A DNA stretch of 64,000 nucleotides from Gammaproteobacteria bacterium (GCA_021731365.1 JAKFXL010000003.1:69234-133233); one strand, 5' to 3'. Positions 18,087 to 32,000 are shown, numbered from the stretch's first letter. Notes: generated by a model not told the origin, from the sequence alone. Translations and numbers: made by a program.

Positions 18087-18333
18087 GCCCTGGACTCCCC
18101 TGAACTGTCCAAATCTCCCCTTGGCAAGAGACCCCCATCTCCCACTCTTTTTATCTAGTGGTTCAATATACCGTCGATGCTGGCGAGATAGCTAGGCACA
18201 ACCGGGATTTAGATTGCCAAACAGCCATAACAGCTGACACAACCCAGCTCGGCAAGAAAATACCAAGTGCTGGCATAATTGCCGGGGCAGATGCCACTAA
18301 ACGTAGCGGCTTATAATGAGGATGGGATACGTC

Positions 18334-18969
18334 ATGTTTTATAAGGAGGCTCTCAGCACCATTGCAATAGTGCTCACTGTTGCAGCCTTCTATCCGTATG
18401 CACGTGGCATCATCCAGGGTGCAATAAAACCCCATGTCTTTTCTTGGGTGATATGGGGAACAACCACCTTTGTGGTCTTTCTGGCTCAACTCGAAGCAGA
18501 CGCTGGCGTGGGCGCATGGCCCATCGGGGTTTCAGGCAGCATCACAATTTTTATCGCCCTGTTGGCTTACCTAAAACGGGCCGACGTCGCCATCACAAAA
18601 ACAGACTGGCTGTTTTTTACGCTGGCCATCTCGTCCCTGCCGCTCTGGTACTTAACATCTGATCCCGTGTCGGCTGTAATCGTGCTGACAGTTGTCGATC
18701 TGCTCGGCTTTGGGCCGACGGTTAGAAAGGCAAATGCTAATCCGTACTCAGAGTCTCTGCTGTTTTTTGCACTGTTTGGCGCACGCAATGGCATCGTTGT
18801 GATGGCATTGGAGAGCTATTCGGTTGCCACCGTACTGTTTCCGGCCACTATAGGGGCGGCAACTCTGTTGCTTATTGCACTTATTGTGTATCGGAGACGT
18901 CAGATGAGATCTGGCATTGTATTTGAGCAGGAGGGGCCAAAAATGGCGCCCCCTTCAAATAAAGATTAA
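18334..18969 (+). CDS. Polytopic membrane protein, function unknown
   Basis: About 211 aa with 6-7 hydrophobic helices. Divergent from the MotA-like operon. Start chosen at ATG 18334. Confidence 0.5.
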   Translation: MFYKEALSTIAIVLTVAAFYPYARGIIQGAIKPHVFSWVIWGTTTFVVFLAQLEADAGVGAWPIGVSGSITIFIALLAYLKRADVAITKTDWLFFTLAISSLPLWYLTSDPVSAVIVLTVVDLLGFGPTVRKANANPYSESLLFFALFGARNGIVVMALESYSVATVLFPATIGAATLLLIALIVYRRRQMRSGIVFEQEGPKMAPPSNKD

Positions 18970-19007
18970 ATAGATGCAGTAAAAACCTGAGGCGGGTGTA
19001 GTACTGT

Positions 19008-19874
19008 TTACACTTCAATGCCGCGAGAACGTAACTCCTGCTTGGCCTCCATCGCCAATAGCGCCATCTCCAACTCGGCCTCCCAATCGTAGGGCTGCAC
19101 CGGTTTGTCGATCTCGTAGCGGGGCACTTCAGTAATCGACTCATCGGCATAGATGCGTACCACCCGATCCTCTTCAAGGTTGGCCGACAGGTCTGGCCAG
19201 GCACCTTGCATCAGGTTTTCCGGCCGGGCGATGGACCACTCATCAACAATGCGGTAGTTGGCGGGCAGATTATCAAACGCATCGGCGGTACCGGTTTGAC
19301 GCTCGCCGCTGTACTCGTTGGTATGTTCGGTGTAGATGTAGATGATCATCTTGGGTTTGAGCTTGAGGATATCCGGGGTGAAATTTTTAGCCATCGGCAT
19401 CCAGGCGGAGAGCACCACATCCACCGGAAAATCGACATCTGCCAGCGTACCTTCGCGCAGCTGATAGACAGCCGGATCATAAAAGTTGGCGATCTGATTG
19501 GGCTTTTCTGCCGGGTCACGCAGGCCGATCACATTCGCCCCTTCATGGGCCAGCAGTGTACCGATGAAACCGTTGCGGGCATGAAGATCGAGGACCACGG
19601 CATCTTCCGCGACGTGGCGGATGTAGTGCACCAGGGCACGGTTCTCTTCGCGCAGCGGATAGTAGTGGGCGATGGTCGGACCAAACTGCTTGGGATCACG
19701 GTCCGGATTGCTGAAAATCAGGTTGTGCAGCGACAGATTGGCCATACGTCGGGTAAAGGGCTGGTTCTCATCCCAGGCGGGGTGGCTCTTCTCCTGGAAC
19801 GAGAAGATGCGCTGCATCAACCCGTCAGTAAAGGTCTCCATATCACGCAGTTTTTGAAAACGTTCCGGCATCAT
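19008..19874 (-). CDS. Hypothetical protein with a Rossmann-like SAM-methyltransferase motif
   Basis: VVLDLHARNGFIGTLLA resembles methyltransferase motif I. Lies 12 nt downstream of hemE on the same strand. Confidence 0.45.
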   Translation of the reverse strand: MMPERFQKLRDMETFTDGLMQRIFSFQEKSHPAWDENQPFTRRMANLSLHNLIFSNPDRDPKQFGPTIAHYYPLREENRALVHYIRHVAEDAVVLDLHARNGFIGTLLAHEGANVIGLRDPAEKPNQIANFYDPAVYQLREGTLADVDFPVDVVLSAWMPMAKNFTPDILKLKPKMIIYIYTEHTNEYSGERQTGTADAFDNLPANYRIVDEWSIARPENLMQGAWPDLSANLEEDRVVRIYADESITEVPRYEIDKPVQPYDWEAELEMALLAMEAKQELRSRGIEV

Positions 19875-19886
19875 CAGCGTTTCACC

Positions 19887-20951
<1,065 letters not shown>

Positions 20952-20970
20952 TACTTCCCCATCCAATTCA

Positions 20971-20997
20971 ATGTAGGGTGGGCTCAGCCCACCAAGC
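20971..20997. repeat. REP-like element, family A (short variant)
   Basis: atgtagggtgggctcagcccaccaagc shares both flanking words with the 7011-7044 element. 7-bp stem ggtgggc/gcccacc. Lies in the gltD-hemE spacer. Confidence 0.7.
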
Positions 20998-21092
20998 GCC
21001 GCGGCGCGACACAATATATTTTTGATGTGTGCCTATCGGCACGATCTGGCGGATTGCGGTTTTTCAAACCGAACCCACTCTACATTTATTTA

Positions 21093-22511
<1,419 letters not shown>

Positions 22512-22620
22512 TTATCCGCTATTTGTTTAGTCCACACAGAGCCAAAGCCTGTGCGTTGAGAAGGGCATCACCAGCACAGGGGCAACCCCCACACTGTCGA
22601 CCCCTCTGGATCCAGTCCGG

Positions 22621-25600
22621 TTAAGCCGCCCGCTGCAGGTCACTCAACAGTGAGGCGATGCTAGCGGCCTTGGGTTTAACAAGCCAAAACTTGCCCACCA
22701 CATCCTTAAAGTTATCAAGCAGCTGCTGACCACGGGCGCTGCCAGTCTCCGCCACAAACTCTTCAATCACGCTCCGCAGATGGTTACGGTGGGCTGTCAT
22801 CGACTCAGTGCCAACACGATGGATATCGATCAGCTCATGGTTATAACGGTCAACAAAACTGTTCTGCTCATCAAAGACATAGGCAAAACCACCGGTCATA
22901 CCGGCACCAAAGTTAACACCCGTCTGGCCCAGCACCGTGATCAGACCGCCGGTCATATACTCACAGCCGTGGTCACCAATCCCCTCAACCACTGAGCTGG
23001 CACCGGAGTTACGCACCCCAAAACGCTCACCCGCCAGACCAGACGCAAAGAGCTTGCCGCCGGTGGCACCATAAAGGCAGGTATTGCCAATGATGGTCGC
23101 TTCGTGGCTCTTAAAGCCGCTGTTTTTGTGCGGATAGATCACCAGTTTGCCGCCAGCCATGCCCTTACCGACGTAGTCGTTGGCATCGCCTTCCAGGTAC
23201 ATGTTCAAACCACCGGCGTTCCAGACCCCAAACGACTGCCCGGCGGTACCGTTCAGACGTAGGATGATGGGGGCATCGGACATGCCCAGATTGCCATGAC
23301 GCACCGCAATCTCACCCGAGAGGCGTGCACCAATAGAACGATCGGTGTTTCTGACTGAATAGCTGTACTCGCCACCCAGTTTGCCTTCGATAGCCGCCAA
23401 CGTATCCCTGACCATCTGTTCAGCCGTGTGGCCTTTATCAAACGGCTCGTTGCGCGGTGCCACACAAAACTGTGGTTTGCTGCTGTCACCGGCGTAGAGG
23501 ATCGGTGACAGATCAAGACCGCGCTGTTTATCCGTCTGCCCTTCAATCACCTGCAACAGATCAACACGACCGATCAGCTGCTCCAGGGAGCGCACACCCA
23601 GGCCGGCCATCAGCAGGCGGCACTCTTCGGCAACAAAGCGGAAGTAGTTCATCACCAGCTGCACATCGCCCTTAAAGTGGTCCATACGCAACACCTTATC
23701 CTGGGTCGCCACGCCAGTGGCGCAGTTGTTCAGGTGGCAGATACGCAGATATTTGCAGCCCATGGCCACCATCGGGCCGGTCCCAAAACCGAAGCTCTCG
23801 GCACCGAGGATGGCTGCCTTGACCACATCAAGCCCGGTCTTCAGACCACCGTCGGTCTGGAGCCGCACCTTGTCGCGCAGGTTGTTGGCGCGCAGGGTCT
23901 GATGGGTCTCGGTCAGCCCCAGCTCCCACGGACCCCCGGCATATTTCACCGAGGTCAACGGTGATGCCCCGGTGCCACCATCAAAACCGGCAATGGTGAT
24001 CAGGTCGGCATAGGCCTTGGCCACACCGGCGGCGATAGTACCGACACCCGCTTCGGCCACCAGTTTGACAGAGACCAACGCCGCTGGATTGACCTGTTTA
24101 AGGTCATAGATCAGCTGGGCCAGATCTTCAATTGAATAGATATCGTGATGCGGCGGTGGTGAAATCAGACCAACACCAGGTTTGCAGTAACGCAACTCGG
24201 CAATCAGTTCGTTGACCTTATTACCGGGCAGCTGGCCACCCTCACCGGGCTTGGCCCCCTGAGCCACCTTGATCTGCAACACCTCAGCGCTACGCAGATA
24301 GGCCGGGGTGACGCCGAAGCGTCCTGAAGCGACCTGTTTGATCTTGGAACGTTTGATGGTGCCGTAACGTTTTGGATCTTCGCCACCCTCACCGGAGTTG
24401 GAGCGGGCACCGAGGCGATTCATCGCCTCCGCCAGGGTCTCGTGGGCCTCGGGGGAGAGCGCGCCAAGGGACATGGCGGCAGAGTCGAAACGGGTATAGA
24501 TCGCCTCGACTGGCTCCACCTCGTCCAGCGACAGCGGCGTTATATCACTACGCAATTTGAACATGTCACGCAGTGCCAATGGCGCACGGCCATTGACCAG
24601 TCCGGCATAGATCGCCCAGTCGCTGGACTCACCACTACGCACCGCCTGTTGCAGGGTTACAACAACATCAGGGTTATAGGCGTGATCTTCACCGCCATGG
24701 ACATATTTAAACAGGCCGCCCTGGCTCACCTGTTTACGGGCGTTCCAGGCCAGCTTGTGCAGCGCTATCTGGTCCGCCTCCAGCGCCTCAAACCCCGCCC
24801 CCTGAATACGGGAGGTGGTGCCCTTGAAGCAGAGATCAATCACATCGCGACTCAGGCCAATGGCCTCAAACAGCTGCGAACCGCGGTAGCTGCCGATGGT
24901 GGAGATGCCCATCTTGGAGATGATTTTGTAGAGCCCCTTGCCAATCCCTTTGCGATAATTCTCTTCGATACTGGCCAGCGCTATACCGGTGATAGCCCCC
25001 TGTTTAACCATATCGCAGATGCATTCATAGGCGAGGTAGGGGTAAACACAGGTGGCACCATAACCGATCAGTACAGCTACCTGATGGGGATCACGGGCAC
25101 TGGCGGTCTCCACCACAATATTGGCATCACAGCGCAGACCTTCCTCGATCAAACGATGATGTACGGCACCAGTAGCCAGCGCCGCATGGACCGGCACAAA
25201 CTCCGAACTGATGTTGCGGTCCGAAAGCACCACCACCACCGCGCCACCCTGAACAGCGGCCACCACCTCATCACAGATCCCCTGCACCGCTGCCTTCAGA
25301 CCGGCAGGACGGTTAAGATCGATACGGACATGGGCATAATTAGGGTCGTTCAGTGCCAGCAGCTGGGTAAACTTACTGTGTGAGAGCACAGGGGAGTCCA
25401 CCAGCAGGCGCGACGCGTGCTCTGCGGTCTCTTCAAACATGTTCATCTCACGGCCAAGACAGGTCTCCAGCGACATCACTATCGCTTCGCGGATCGGGTC
25501 GATGGGTGGGTTAGTTACCTGGGCAAACTGCTGGCGGAAGTAGTCATAGGGCGAACGCAGCTGGCGTGACAGTACCGCGTGCGGGGTGTCGTCACCCATG

Positions 25601-27060
25601 GAGCCAATCGCCTCCTGGCTGGTTTCCGCCAGAACACGCAGCACCTGATCGCGCTCTTCATAGGTCACCTGGAAGAGCTTTTCGTAGACCTTCAGCTGTG
25701 TGGCGTCCAGCGCCTCACCGCAGCTGCCCTGCTCACCGCTGAGTTTGGACTCAAGATGGGAGACGTTTTCAGCCAGCCACTGTTTGTAAGGGTGACGCCC
25801 CTTGAGCAGGTTATCCACATCCTCTGGCAGCAATAACTTGCCGGTCGCGGTATCCACGGCCATCATCTGGCCGGGCTTAAGACGCCCTTTGGTCACCACA
25901 TCTTCGGGCTTGTAGCCATAAACACCTATCTCAGATGCCAAGGTAATATGACGATCTTTGGTAATCACATAACGGGCTGGGCGCAGACCGTTTCGATCCA
26001 GCGTGCAGGCGGCGTAACGACCATCGGTCAACACAATCCCGGCAGGGCCGTCCCACGGCTCCATGTGCATGGAGCTGTATTCGTAGAAGGCGCGCAGGTC
26101 AGGATCCATGGAGTCAATGTTCTGCCAGGCCGGCGGTACCAACAGGCGCATGGCGCGGAAGATATCCATGCCGCCAGCCAGCAGTGCTTCGAGCATGTTG
26201 TCCATGCTGTTGGAGTCAGAACCGGTCATGCTCACCAGCGGCCGGATCTCGGCCATCGGCAGCAGCGGCGTTTCAAACTTGTGGCCACGGGCCACGGACC
26301 AGAAGCGGTTACCCTGAACGGTGTTAATCTCGCCATTGTGGGCCAGATAACGGAACGGCTGGGCCAGACGCCACTGCGGCCAGGTATTGGTAGAGAAGCG
26401 CTGATGGAAGACGGCGGTGGAGGATTCCAGCGACTCTTCGTTCAACTCTTTATAGAAGACCGGCAGATTGGCCGGCATCACCAGCCCTTTATAGGAGATG
26501 ACCCGTGACGAGAGGCTCGATACATAGAAAACATTATCAGCCGGTTCAATCGCCTTTTCGGTACGGCGACGGGCGATATAAAGATGGCGCTCAAACTCAG
26601 CCTCACCCATGGTCACAGGGGCATTGACAAAAATCTGCTCAATCTGTGGCAGGCTCTTGAAGGACTCTTCACCGCAAGCGCTCGGATCGGTGGGGACCAC
26701 ACGCCAACCGGCGACAACCAACCCTTCCTGGGTCAATTCACGCTCCAGCTGCCGACGCGCCTGTGCCGCCACAGCTGGCTCCTGGCTCAGGAAGACCATG
26801 CCCACCGCGTACAGCTCGGCCAGTGTCAGCCCTTGATCGGCGGTGACACGACGGAAAAAGCTGTCGGGTTTACGCAACAGCAGACCACAGCCATCGCCCG
26901 ACTTGCCATCCGCCGCCACAGCGCCACGATGAGTCAAACATGCCAGCGCATCAATGGCGGTCCGCACCAGCCAATGACTGGGGACTCCGTCCATCTGTGC
27001 GATCAGTCCAAACCCGCAGTTATCTTTTTCAAACTCGGGGCGGTATAAACCTTTATCCAT
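22621..27060 (-). CDS. gltB: Glutamate synthase (NADPH) large subunit
   Basis: Ntn amidotransferase start ([11 protein letters not shown]), FMN/3Fe-4S central domain and C-terminal GXGXG beta-helix repeats. Start set at MDKGLY (ATG 27060). Confidence 0.95.
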   Translation of the reverse strand: MDKGLYRPEFEKDNCGFGLIAQMDGVPSHWLVRTAIDALACLTHRGAVAADGKSGDGCGLLLRKPDSFFRRVTADQGLTLAELYAVGMVFLSQEPAVAAQARRQLERELTQEGLVVAGWRVVPTDPSACGEESFKSLPQIEQIFVNAPVTMGEAEFERHLYIARRRTEKAIEPADNVFYVSSLSSRVISYKGLVMPANLPVFYKELNEESLESSTAVFHQRFSTNTWPQWRLAQPFRYLAHNGEINTVQGNRFWSVARGHKFETPLLPMAEIRPLVSMTGSDSNSMDNMLEALLAGGMDIFRAMRLLVPPAWQNIDSMDPDLRAFYEYSSMHMEPWDGPAGIVLTDGRYAACTLDRNGLRPARYVITKDRHITLASEIGVYGYKPEDVVTKGRLKPGQMMAVDTATGKLLLPEDVDNLLKGRHPYKQWLAENVSHLESKLSGEQGSCGEALDATQLKVYEKLFQVTYEERDQVLRVLAETSQEAIGSMGDDTPHAVLSRQLRSPYDYFRQQFAQVTNPPIDPIREAIVMSLETCLGREMNMFEETAEHASRLLVDSPVLSHSKFTQLLALNDPNYAHVRIDLNRPAGLKAAVQGICDEVVAAVQGGAVVVVLSDRNISSEFVPVHAALATGAVHHRLIEEGLRCDANIVVETASARDPHQVAVLIGYGATCVYPYLAYECICDMVKQGAITGIALASIEENYRKGIGKGLYKIISKMGISTIGSYRGSQLFEAIGLSRDVIDLCFKGTTSRIQGAGFEALEADQIALHKLAWNARKQVSQGGLFKYVHGGEDHAYNPDVVVTLQQAVRSGESSDWAIYAGLVNGRAPLALRDMFKLRSDITPLSLDEVEPVEAIYTRFDSAAMSLGALSPEAHETLAEAMNRLGARSNSGEGGEDPKRYGTIKRSKIKQVASGRFGVTPAYLRSAEVLQIKVAQGAKPGEGGQLPGNKVNELIAELRYCKPGVGLISPPPHHDIYSIEDLAQLIYDLKQVNPAALVSVKLVAEAGVGTIAAGVAKAYADLITIAGFDGGTGASPLTSVKYAGGPWELGLTETHQTLRANNLRDKVRLQTDGGLKTGLDVVKAAILGAESFGFGTGPMVAMGCKYLRICHLNNCATGVATQDKVLRMDHFKGDVQLVMNYFRFVAEECRLLMAGLGVRSLEQLIGRVDLLQVIEGQTDKQRGLDLSPILYAGDSSKPQFCVAPRNEPFDKGHTAEQMVRDTLAAIEGKLGGEYSYSVRNTDRSIGARLSGEIAVRHGNLGMSDAPIILRLNGTAGQSFGVWNAGGLNMYLEGDANDYVGKGMAGGKLVIYPHKNSGFKSHEATIIGNTCLYGATGGKLFASGLAGERFGVRNSGASSVVEGIGDHGCEYMTGGLITVLGQTGVNFGAGMTGGFAYVFDEQNSFVDRYNHELIDIHRVGTESMTAHRNHLRSVIEEFVAETGSARGQQLLDNFKDVVGKFWLVKPKAASIASLLSDLQRAA

Positions 27061-27246
27061 AAGTGAACGATCTAACCAGTTGATTGTTATAGATGCAGTG
27101 ACGCTTGCCACCCTGACGTGCAACGAGATGTGAATTCGGCGCAAAGGGGGAAGGAGTATACATCCCTTGAGGCCAGAGGCGCAAATCAGCCCCACGCTTA
27201 GATATAGATGACGGTGCTACAACACCTCACTCAAAATCACTCCGGA

Positions 27247-28815
27247 TTAATTGGGCCTGGCCTCACCAGAGATGCTGGCAAATGTCCGTACCCAGGGATT
27301 TTTCACCCCCCAGCCAGCGGGCAGTGCGCGCCCCGCCTCATCCGCCGCCGCACGGGTTGGATAACTGCCATAAACAATGGCGGTCAACCGCTGCCCTTTA
27401 CGATTGATGTAAAAGACCCCACTCTGCCCCTGGAGTTTGTGTTTGGCTATAAACTGCCTGACCTGTGGCTCATCGATAAGGGCCATTAACTGGAGCGTAA
27501 AGTGCTGTGGCTGTTGTGATACCAGCCAATCCTCCTCACCCTCCCCCTGTACAGGTTTGGGTGAACGTTTCTCCGGCACCTTGGCAGCGGGCTTTTTAGC
27601 AACCTCAACAGGTGTGGCCTCGACTACTGGCTTGGCAGGCGGCGCGGCTGTTGCTGCTACCGTCGGCGGTGATATTGAAACCGGCGGGATAGGGATGGGC
27701 ACAGCGATAACCTCTGATTCTGACGGAACCTCAACCACTAATCCCGGCGTGGCAAAACTCTCCGGCTGATCTGCCAACGCCCCCATATTCAAGGTCTCGG
27801 CCTCTGACTCGCCATTACCCGCAACGACCACCGGCTCCACAGCCTGACTCTCCAGCTCGTCAACCGATTCCACAACAGTGGGGATAGCCAGCCCAGCCAG
27901 CGGTGTCACCGCTGCTGTGGGCGCAGTGATCCAGCGATTAATCTGCTCCTGAAACAGCAGTACCGCCCCCACCAGGGCAATAGCAATGAGTATCAACCCA
28001 CCCCGTACCAAGGCGCGCCCCTGTACTGCGGTAACGGCCGTGCGACCGACCATTTTGTTGAGGTGCGCCCGAGCCAGCTCGTTTATTTTGCCAGGCAGAC
28101 CAGCACTTTTTTTGTGCAGCTGAATGATCAACTCCGCACCAAAGTGTATCTGCAGCGCCTCGTTTCCAGAGTAGTTCAAGCGATGATGGATATACCCCAC
28201 CATATCGGACTGCGCCAACGGTTCAAGCCGCAGGGTGTAGGCAAGTTTTTGCGATAGTATCGAAAAACTATCCAGACGCTTCAGCACCGCGCCATCACCC
28301 ACACCCAATACCACACTGATAGCGTTGTTACTCTGCTCATCGCTCAGGATGCGCTCAACCACGGCGACCACCTCATCGGCCAGCAGGTGGAAATCGTCGA
28401 TGACTACCATCACCCGACGTCCACTGCGCGCCACTGCCTGCAGATAACGGCCGAGCTCTTTTAACATCGCCTCCAGCAGGTGGTCCACAGCCAGAACCAG
28501 ACCAAAACCATGGATCACTTCACGCAGTAGCTCTTCACGGGTCATCAGGGAACTGGTGCGGATATAGACAACCTTCCAACTCTTTTTTGCACTGATCACA
28601 AACTGCAGCAGCAAGGTGGTTTTACCCACCCCCACCGGCCCACTCAGCTGCAGGAGTTCGCTATAGGGGGCCAGATGCAGCAGTTTGTTGAAGTTAAGTT
28701 TATAGGCCTCGTTGACGTAGACCGGCCCCAGCCATTGGCTGGCAAAGGGGTCCCGTGGCACTACGCGGGTGCTCAGATCAACCGCATCAGGATTAATGTT
28801 GAAATTTTCGTCCAT
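27247..28815 (-). CDS. ExeA-like AAA ATPase fused to a C-terminal SPOR peptidoglycan-binding domain (DamX-like position)
   Basis: Walker A GPVGVGKTTLL, Walker B VMVVIDDFH, one transmembrane segment, a Pro/Ala/Val-rich linker, and a SPOR-like C-terminus (FTLQLMAL...YGSYPTRAAADEA). Same position as the AAA+SPOR gene between aroB and gltB in Pseudomonas. Confidence 0.75.
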   Translation of the reverse strand: MDENFNINPDAVDLSTRVVPRDPFASQWLGPVYVNEAYKLNFNKLLHLAPYSELLQLSGPVGVGKTTLLLQFVISAKKSWKVVYIRTSSLMTREELLREVIHGFGLVLAVDHLLEAMLKELGRYLQAVARSGRRVMVVIDDFHLLADEVVAVVERILSDEQSNNAISVVLGVGDGAVLKRLDSFSILSQKLAYTLRLEPLAQSDMVGYIHHRLNYSGNEALQIHFGAELIIQLHKKSAGLPGKINELARAHLNKMVGRTAVTAVQGRALVRGGLILIAIALVGAVLLFQEQINRWITAPTAAVTPLAGLAIPTVVESVDELESQAVEPVVVAGNGESEAETLNMGALADQPESFATPGLVVEVPSESEVIAVPIPIPPVSISPPTVAATAAPPAKPVVEATPVEVAKKPAAKVPEKRSPKPVQGEGEEDWLVSQQPQHFTLQLMALIDEPQVRQFIAKHKLQGQSGVFYINRKGQRLTAIVYGSYPTRAAADEAGRALPAGWGVKNPWVRTFASISGEARPN

Positions 28816-28885
28816 AGGTAGCCCCAATATTATGCTGACGCCACGCTGGCCAGAGCCATGCCAAAACCAAAGAGAGACAGTACAA

Positions 28886-29146
28886 TCACTCTGACTCTTG
28901 CGCCTGCTGCCCTTGCACAAAGACCACACGAAAACCGCGCTGCACCTGGGTATCACGACCGGCAATCAACGCCGCCTCTGCGGCATCACGACTGCTGTAG
29001 TGCTCCCGCTTGATACGGCCACCGCTGCCTTGAAAGCCCCACTCTCGCACCAGCGACCACCCCTCCAGCAGATCTTTTTGCAGGATCAGATGATAAAAGC
29101 GCGGCGGTTTATCCTCAAACGCTGGAATCTGCATATAGACACGCAT
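28886..29146 (-). CDS. Stand-alone WGR-domain protein (86 aa)
   Basis: PRFYHLILQKDLLEGWSLVREWGFQGSGGRIK....AAEAAL....RGFRVV follows the WGR pattern (FY.L.L..dL.ggW.L.r.WGriG..G). Confidence 0.6.
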   Translation of the reverse strand: MRVYMQIPAFEDKPPRFYHLILQKDLLEGWSLVREWGFQGSGGRIKREHYSSRDAAEAALIAGRDTQVQRGFRVVFVQGQQAQESE

Positions 29147-29156
29147 CAGTTATTGT

Positions 29157-30320
29157 TCACCAGGTGAGTGCTGCGGGATCAAACATGCGCCCATATTCAA
29201 GAATGGCGTAACGGTCCGTCATGCCGGCAACGTAATCAGCCACGGCGCGGGCGCGCCCCTCTTCTCCCGTCGCTGCTTCAAAGGCCGCCGCCTCCCGCGA
29301 CGCCTCTGGTGGCAGCAGTTTTGGCTCGGTCATAAAAACGCCAAACAGCTCGCGGATAACACGCCCGGCTTTGTTGGTCATGCGCTGTACACGGTAGTGC
29401 TGATAGAGCTGGCGGCGCAAAAAGCGCTTCATCTCAAGATTGAATTCATTCATCTCATCACTGAAACAGATCAACGGACCGTCCATCGACCTGACGGCAT
29501 CTATTGACTCCGGCTGAACCCGTGCAAGGTTGGCTTTGGCGTTGTTAATCAGGTCGGTGACCTGGCTATTGATCATGCGGCGAATAATTTCATGGACCCG
29601 CCGCCGGCCAGACAAATCCGGATAACGCGCCATCACCACCTCATACTGCTGGCGGAACAGCGATACGTCACAGAGCTGCTCTACTGTGATCAAACCTGCC
29701 CGCAGGCCGTCATCAACGTCATGATTATTATAGGCAATCTCATCCGCCAGATTGGCGAGCTGCGCCTCCAGCCCTGGCTGACGGCGCAGCAGAAAGCGCT
29801 GGCCAATCTCAGCCAACCCCTTGGCCTTGTCAGGACTACAGTGTTTGAGTATCCCTTCGCGGGTTTCGAAGCTGAGATTGAGGCCACGAAAATCGGCGTA
29901 CTTCTCCTCCAGCTCATCCACCACCCGCAGTGACTGAAGATTGTGTTCAAAACCACCATAAGCGCGCATACACTCATTGAGCACATCCTGACCAGCATGG
30001 CCAAACGGGGTGTGGCCCAGGTCATGGGCCAGGGCAATCGCCTCGGTCAGGTCTTCGTTGAGTTGCAGGCAGCGGGCGATGGAACGGCCAATCTGTGCCA
30101 CTTCGATGGTGTGGGTGAGGCGGGTGCGGAACATATCCCCCTCATGGTTCACAAACACCTGGGTTTTATACTCCAGACGGCGGAAGGCCGCCGAGTGCAC
30201 AATCCGGTCGCGATCACGCTGATATTCGCTACGATAGCTGGGCGGCGGCTCACTGAAACTCCGTCCACGCGACTGCTCAGGATGGGCCGCGTAGGGGGCA
30301 AGGGGAATATCGGTAGCCAT
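29157..30320 (-). CDS. dgt: dGTP triphosphohydrolase-like HD-domain protein
   Basis: HD motif ([13 protein letters not shown] ... [15 protein letters not shown]) and C-terminal [11 protein letters not shown]. Start at ATG 30320 ([11 protein letters not shown]). Confidence 0.85.
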   Translation of the reverse strand: MATDIPLAPYAAHPEQSRGRSFSEPPPSYRSEYQRDRDRIVHSAAFRRLEYKTQVFVNHEGDMFRTRLTHTIEVAQIGRSIARCLQLNEDLTEAIALAHDLGHTPFGHAGQDVLNECMRAYGGFEHNLQSLRVVDELEEKYADFRGLNLSFETREGILKHCSPDKAKGLAEIGQRFLLRRQPGLEAQLANLADEIAYNNHDVDDGLRAGLITVEQLCDVSLFRQQYEVVMARYPDLSGRRRVHEIIRRMINSQVTDLINNAKANLARVQPESIDAVRSMDGPLICFSDEMNEFNLEMKRFLRRQLYQHYRVQRMTNKAGRVIRELFGVFMTEPKLLPPEASREAAAFEAATGEEGRARAVADYVAGMTDRYAILEYGRMFDPAALTW

Positions 30321-30333
30321 TAACAACTCTCCA

Positions 30334-31434
30334 TTAGGTTCGGCACTGCTCCAGCGTGGCCCGCAACAGGGCAGGATCAAACTGATCGGTGACTGTCGCT
30401 GCGCCAATACCCTGCAGCAACACCAGTCGAATAGAACCATCCTGCACTTTTTTGTCCACCGCCATCAGCTCCAGCATCCGTTCAACCGCGAGCGCCTTTG
30501 GCCCCCGCACCGGTAAACGCGCCTGTTTCAGGAGTGACTCTATGCGCTCCACATCACCCTGGACAAGCCACCCCAGCCGGGCAGAGAGGTCGGCGGCCAT
30601 GTAGGTACCCGCCGCAATCGCCTCGCCATGCAACCACTCGCCGTAACCCATGCCGGTTTCGATGGCATGACCAAAGGTGTGCCCCAGATTGAGCCAGGCA
30701 CGCACACCCTGCTCATGTTCATCTTCAGCCACCACCTCCGCCTTGTTCTGGCAGGAGCGCTCCACAGCATAGATCAACGCGGCGGGGTCACGCGCCAACA
30801 GCGCCGCCATATTTAACTCCAGCCAGTCAAAAAACTCACGATCGCGGATCAGCCCATACTTGATCACCTCCGCAATACCAGCACTAAACTGCCTGTCGTC
30901 AAGGGTGTCCAGTGTTGCGGTATCGGCAATCACACAACGCGGCTGGTAAAAGGCACCGATCATATTTTTACCCAACGGATGGTTGACCGCTGTTTTACCG
31001 CCCACAGAGGAGTCCACCTGCGCCAGCAGGGTTGTAGGTATCTGCACAAAAGGGACGCCACGCTGATAACAGGCCGCCGCAAAACCGGACATATCCCCCA
31101 CCACACCACCACCCAACGCAATAATCGTCACCTGGCGGCTGAAACGCTGCTCCAGCAATGCCGAAAATAGATCGTCCAGTACCGCCAGGGTTTTATACTG
31201 CTCGCCGTCCGGCAGCACGACCGTACCAACCCGGTAGTCCGCCAGCATCGCCACCACCCGCTCCAGATAGAGGGGGGCCACGGTGGTATTGCTCACGATC
31301 ATCACTTCGCGACCACTGATGTACGGCGTCAGCAGCTCTGGCCGCCCTAACAGGCCATGGCCGATATAGAGCGGATAGCTGCGCTCTGCCAGCGCCACGT
31401 TGAGCTTTTTTAGCTGTAAATTATCCGTTGTCAT
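30334..31434 (-). CDS. aroB: 3-dehydroquinate synthase
   Basis: [28 protein letters not shown] and HTFGHA motifs. Start overlaps the aroK stop. Confidence 0.92.
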   Translation of the reverse strand: MTTDNLQLKKLNVALAERSYPLYIGHGLLGRPELLTPYISGREVMIVSNTTVAPLYLERVVAMLADYRVGTVVLPDGEQYKTLAVLDDLFSALLEQRFSRQVTIIALGGGVVGDMSGFAAACYQRGVPFVQIPTTLLAQVDSSVGGKTAVNHPLGKNMIGAFYQPRCVIADTATLDTLDDRQFSAGIAEVIKYGLIRDREFFDWLELNMAALLARDPAALIYAVERSCQNKAEVVAEDEHEQGVRAWLNLGHTFGHAIETGMGYGEWLHGEAIAAGTYMAADLSARLGWLVQGDVERIESLLKQARLPVRGPKALAVERMLELMAVDKKVQDGSIRLVLLQGIGAATVTDQFDPALLRATLEQCRT

Positions 31435-32000
31435 CACTTCACATCTTCTTTAAACAGGCCACGGCGACGCAGCTGGCTCAGCAATTGACGGATCACACCA
31501 CGCACGCTGCCTTCACCAGTATCTACAATAATATCAGCCACTTCACGATAGAGCGGGTCACGCGCCTCAATTAGCGCTGCAATTCTGGCCCGTGGGTCTG
31601 CGGTTTGCAGCAGTGGCCGATTGCGGTCACGGGCAGTACGTTGGTAGAGCTGCTCCGTCTTGGCGCGCAGATAGACCACCGTGCCACGCAGGCGCAGATG
31701 GATCCGGCTATCAGCATCGAGCACTGCACCACCACCCGTGGCCAGCACCAGTCCACGACGTTGACTCAACTCATCAATCACATCACGCTCCCACTCCCGA
31801 AAGCCAGTCTCACCCTCCACCTCAAAGATTACGGGGATGGTGGTTCCGGTACGGCGTTCGATCTCATGATCACTATCAACAAACTCAAGGTTTAAGGTTT
31901 TGGCCAACTGCCTGCCAACCGTGGTCTTACCTGACCCCATGGGACCCACCAAAAAAATATTCTCCGGTTTTTCCGAAGTATGCGACATAACAACAGACAT
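31434..32000 (-). CDS. aroK: Shikimate kinase
   Basis: [20 protein letters not shown] Walker A and GGGAV motif. Sits between pilQ and aroB as in many gammaproteobacteria. Confidence 0.92.
   Translation of the reverse strand: MSVVMSHTSEKPENIFLVGPMGSGKTTVGRQLAKTLNLEFVDSDHEIERRTGTTIPVIFEVEGETGFREWERDVIDELSQRRGLVLATGGGAVLDADSRIHLRLRGTVVYLRAKTEQLYQRTARDRNRPLLQTADPRARIAALIEARDPLYREVADIIVDTGEGSVRGVIRQLLSQLRRRGLFKEDVK

Noticed and set aside
24442-27048. Several 150-313-aa plus-strand ORFs (24442-25383, 25948-26508, 26584-27048)
   Set aside because: All lie antisense within gltB, which is continuous and motif-rich on the minus strand.
27061-27195. N-terminal extensions of the longest ORFs (gltB 27061-27195; also AAA-SPOR 28816-28965, dgt 30321-30440, hemE 20952-21014, PLD 11632-11724, cytochrome c 52265-52360, trxA 48779-48895)
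   Set aside because: The conserved N-termini begin at internal starts with better SD context. The extensions overlap neighbouring genes, REP elements or intergenic DNA.
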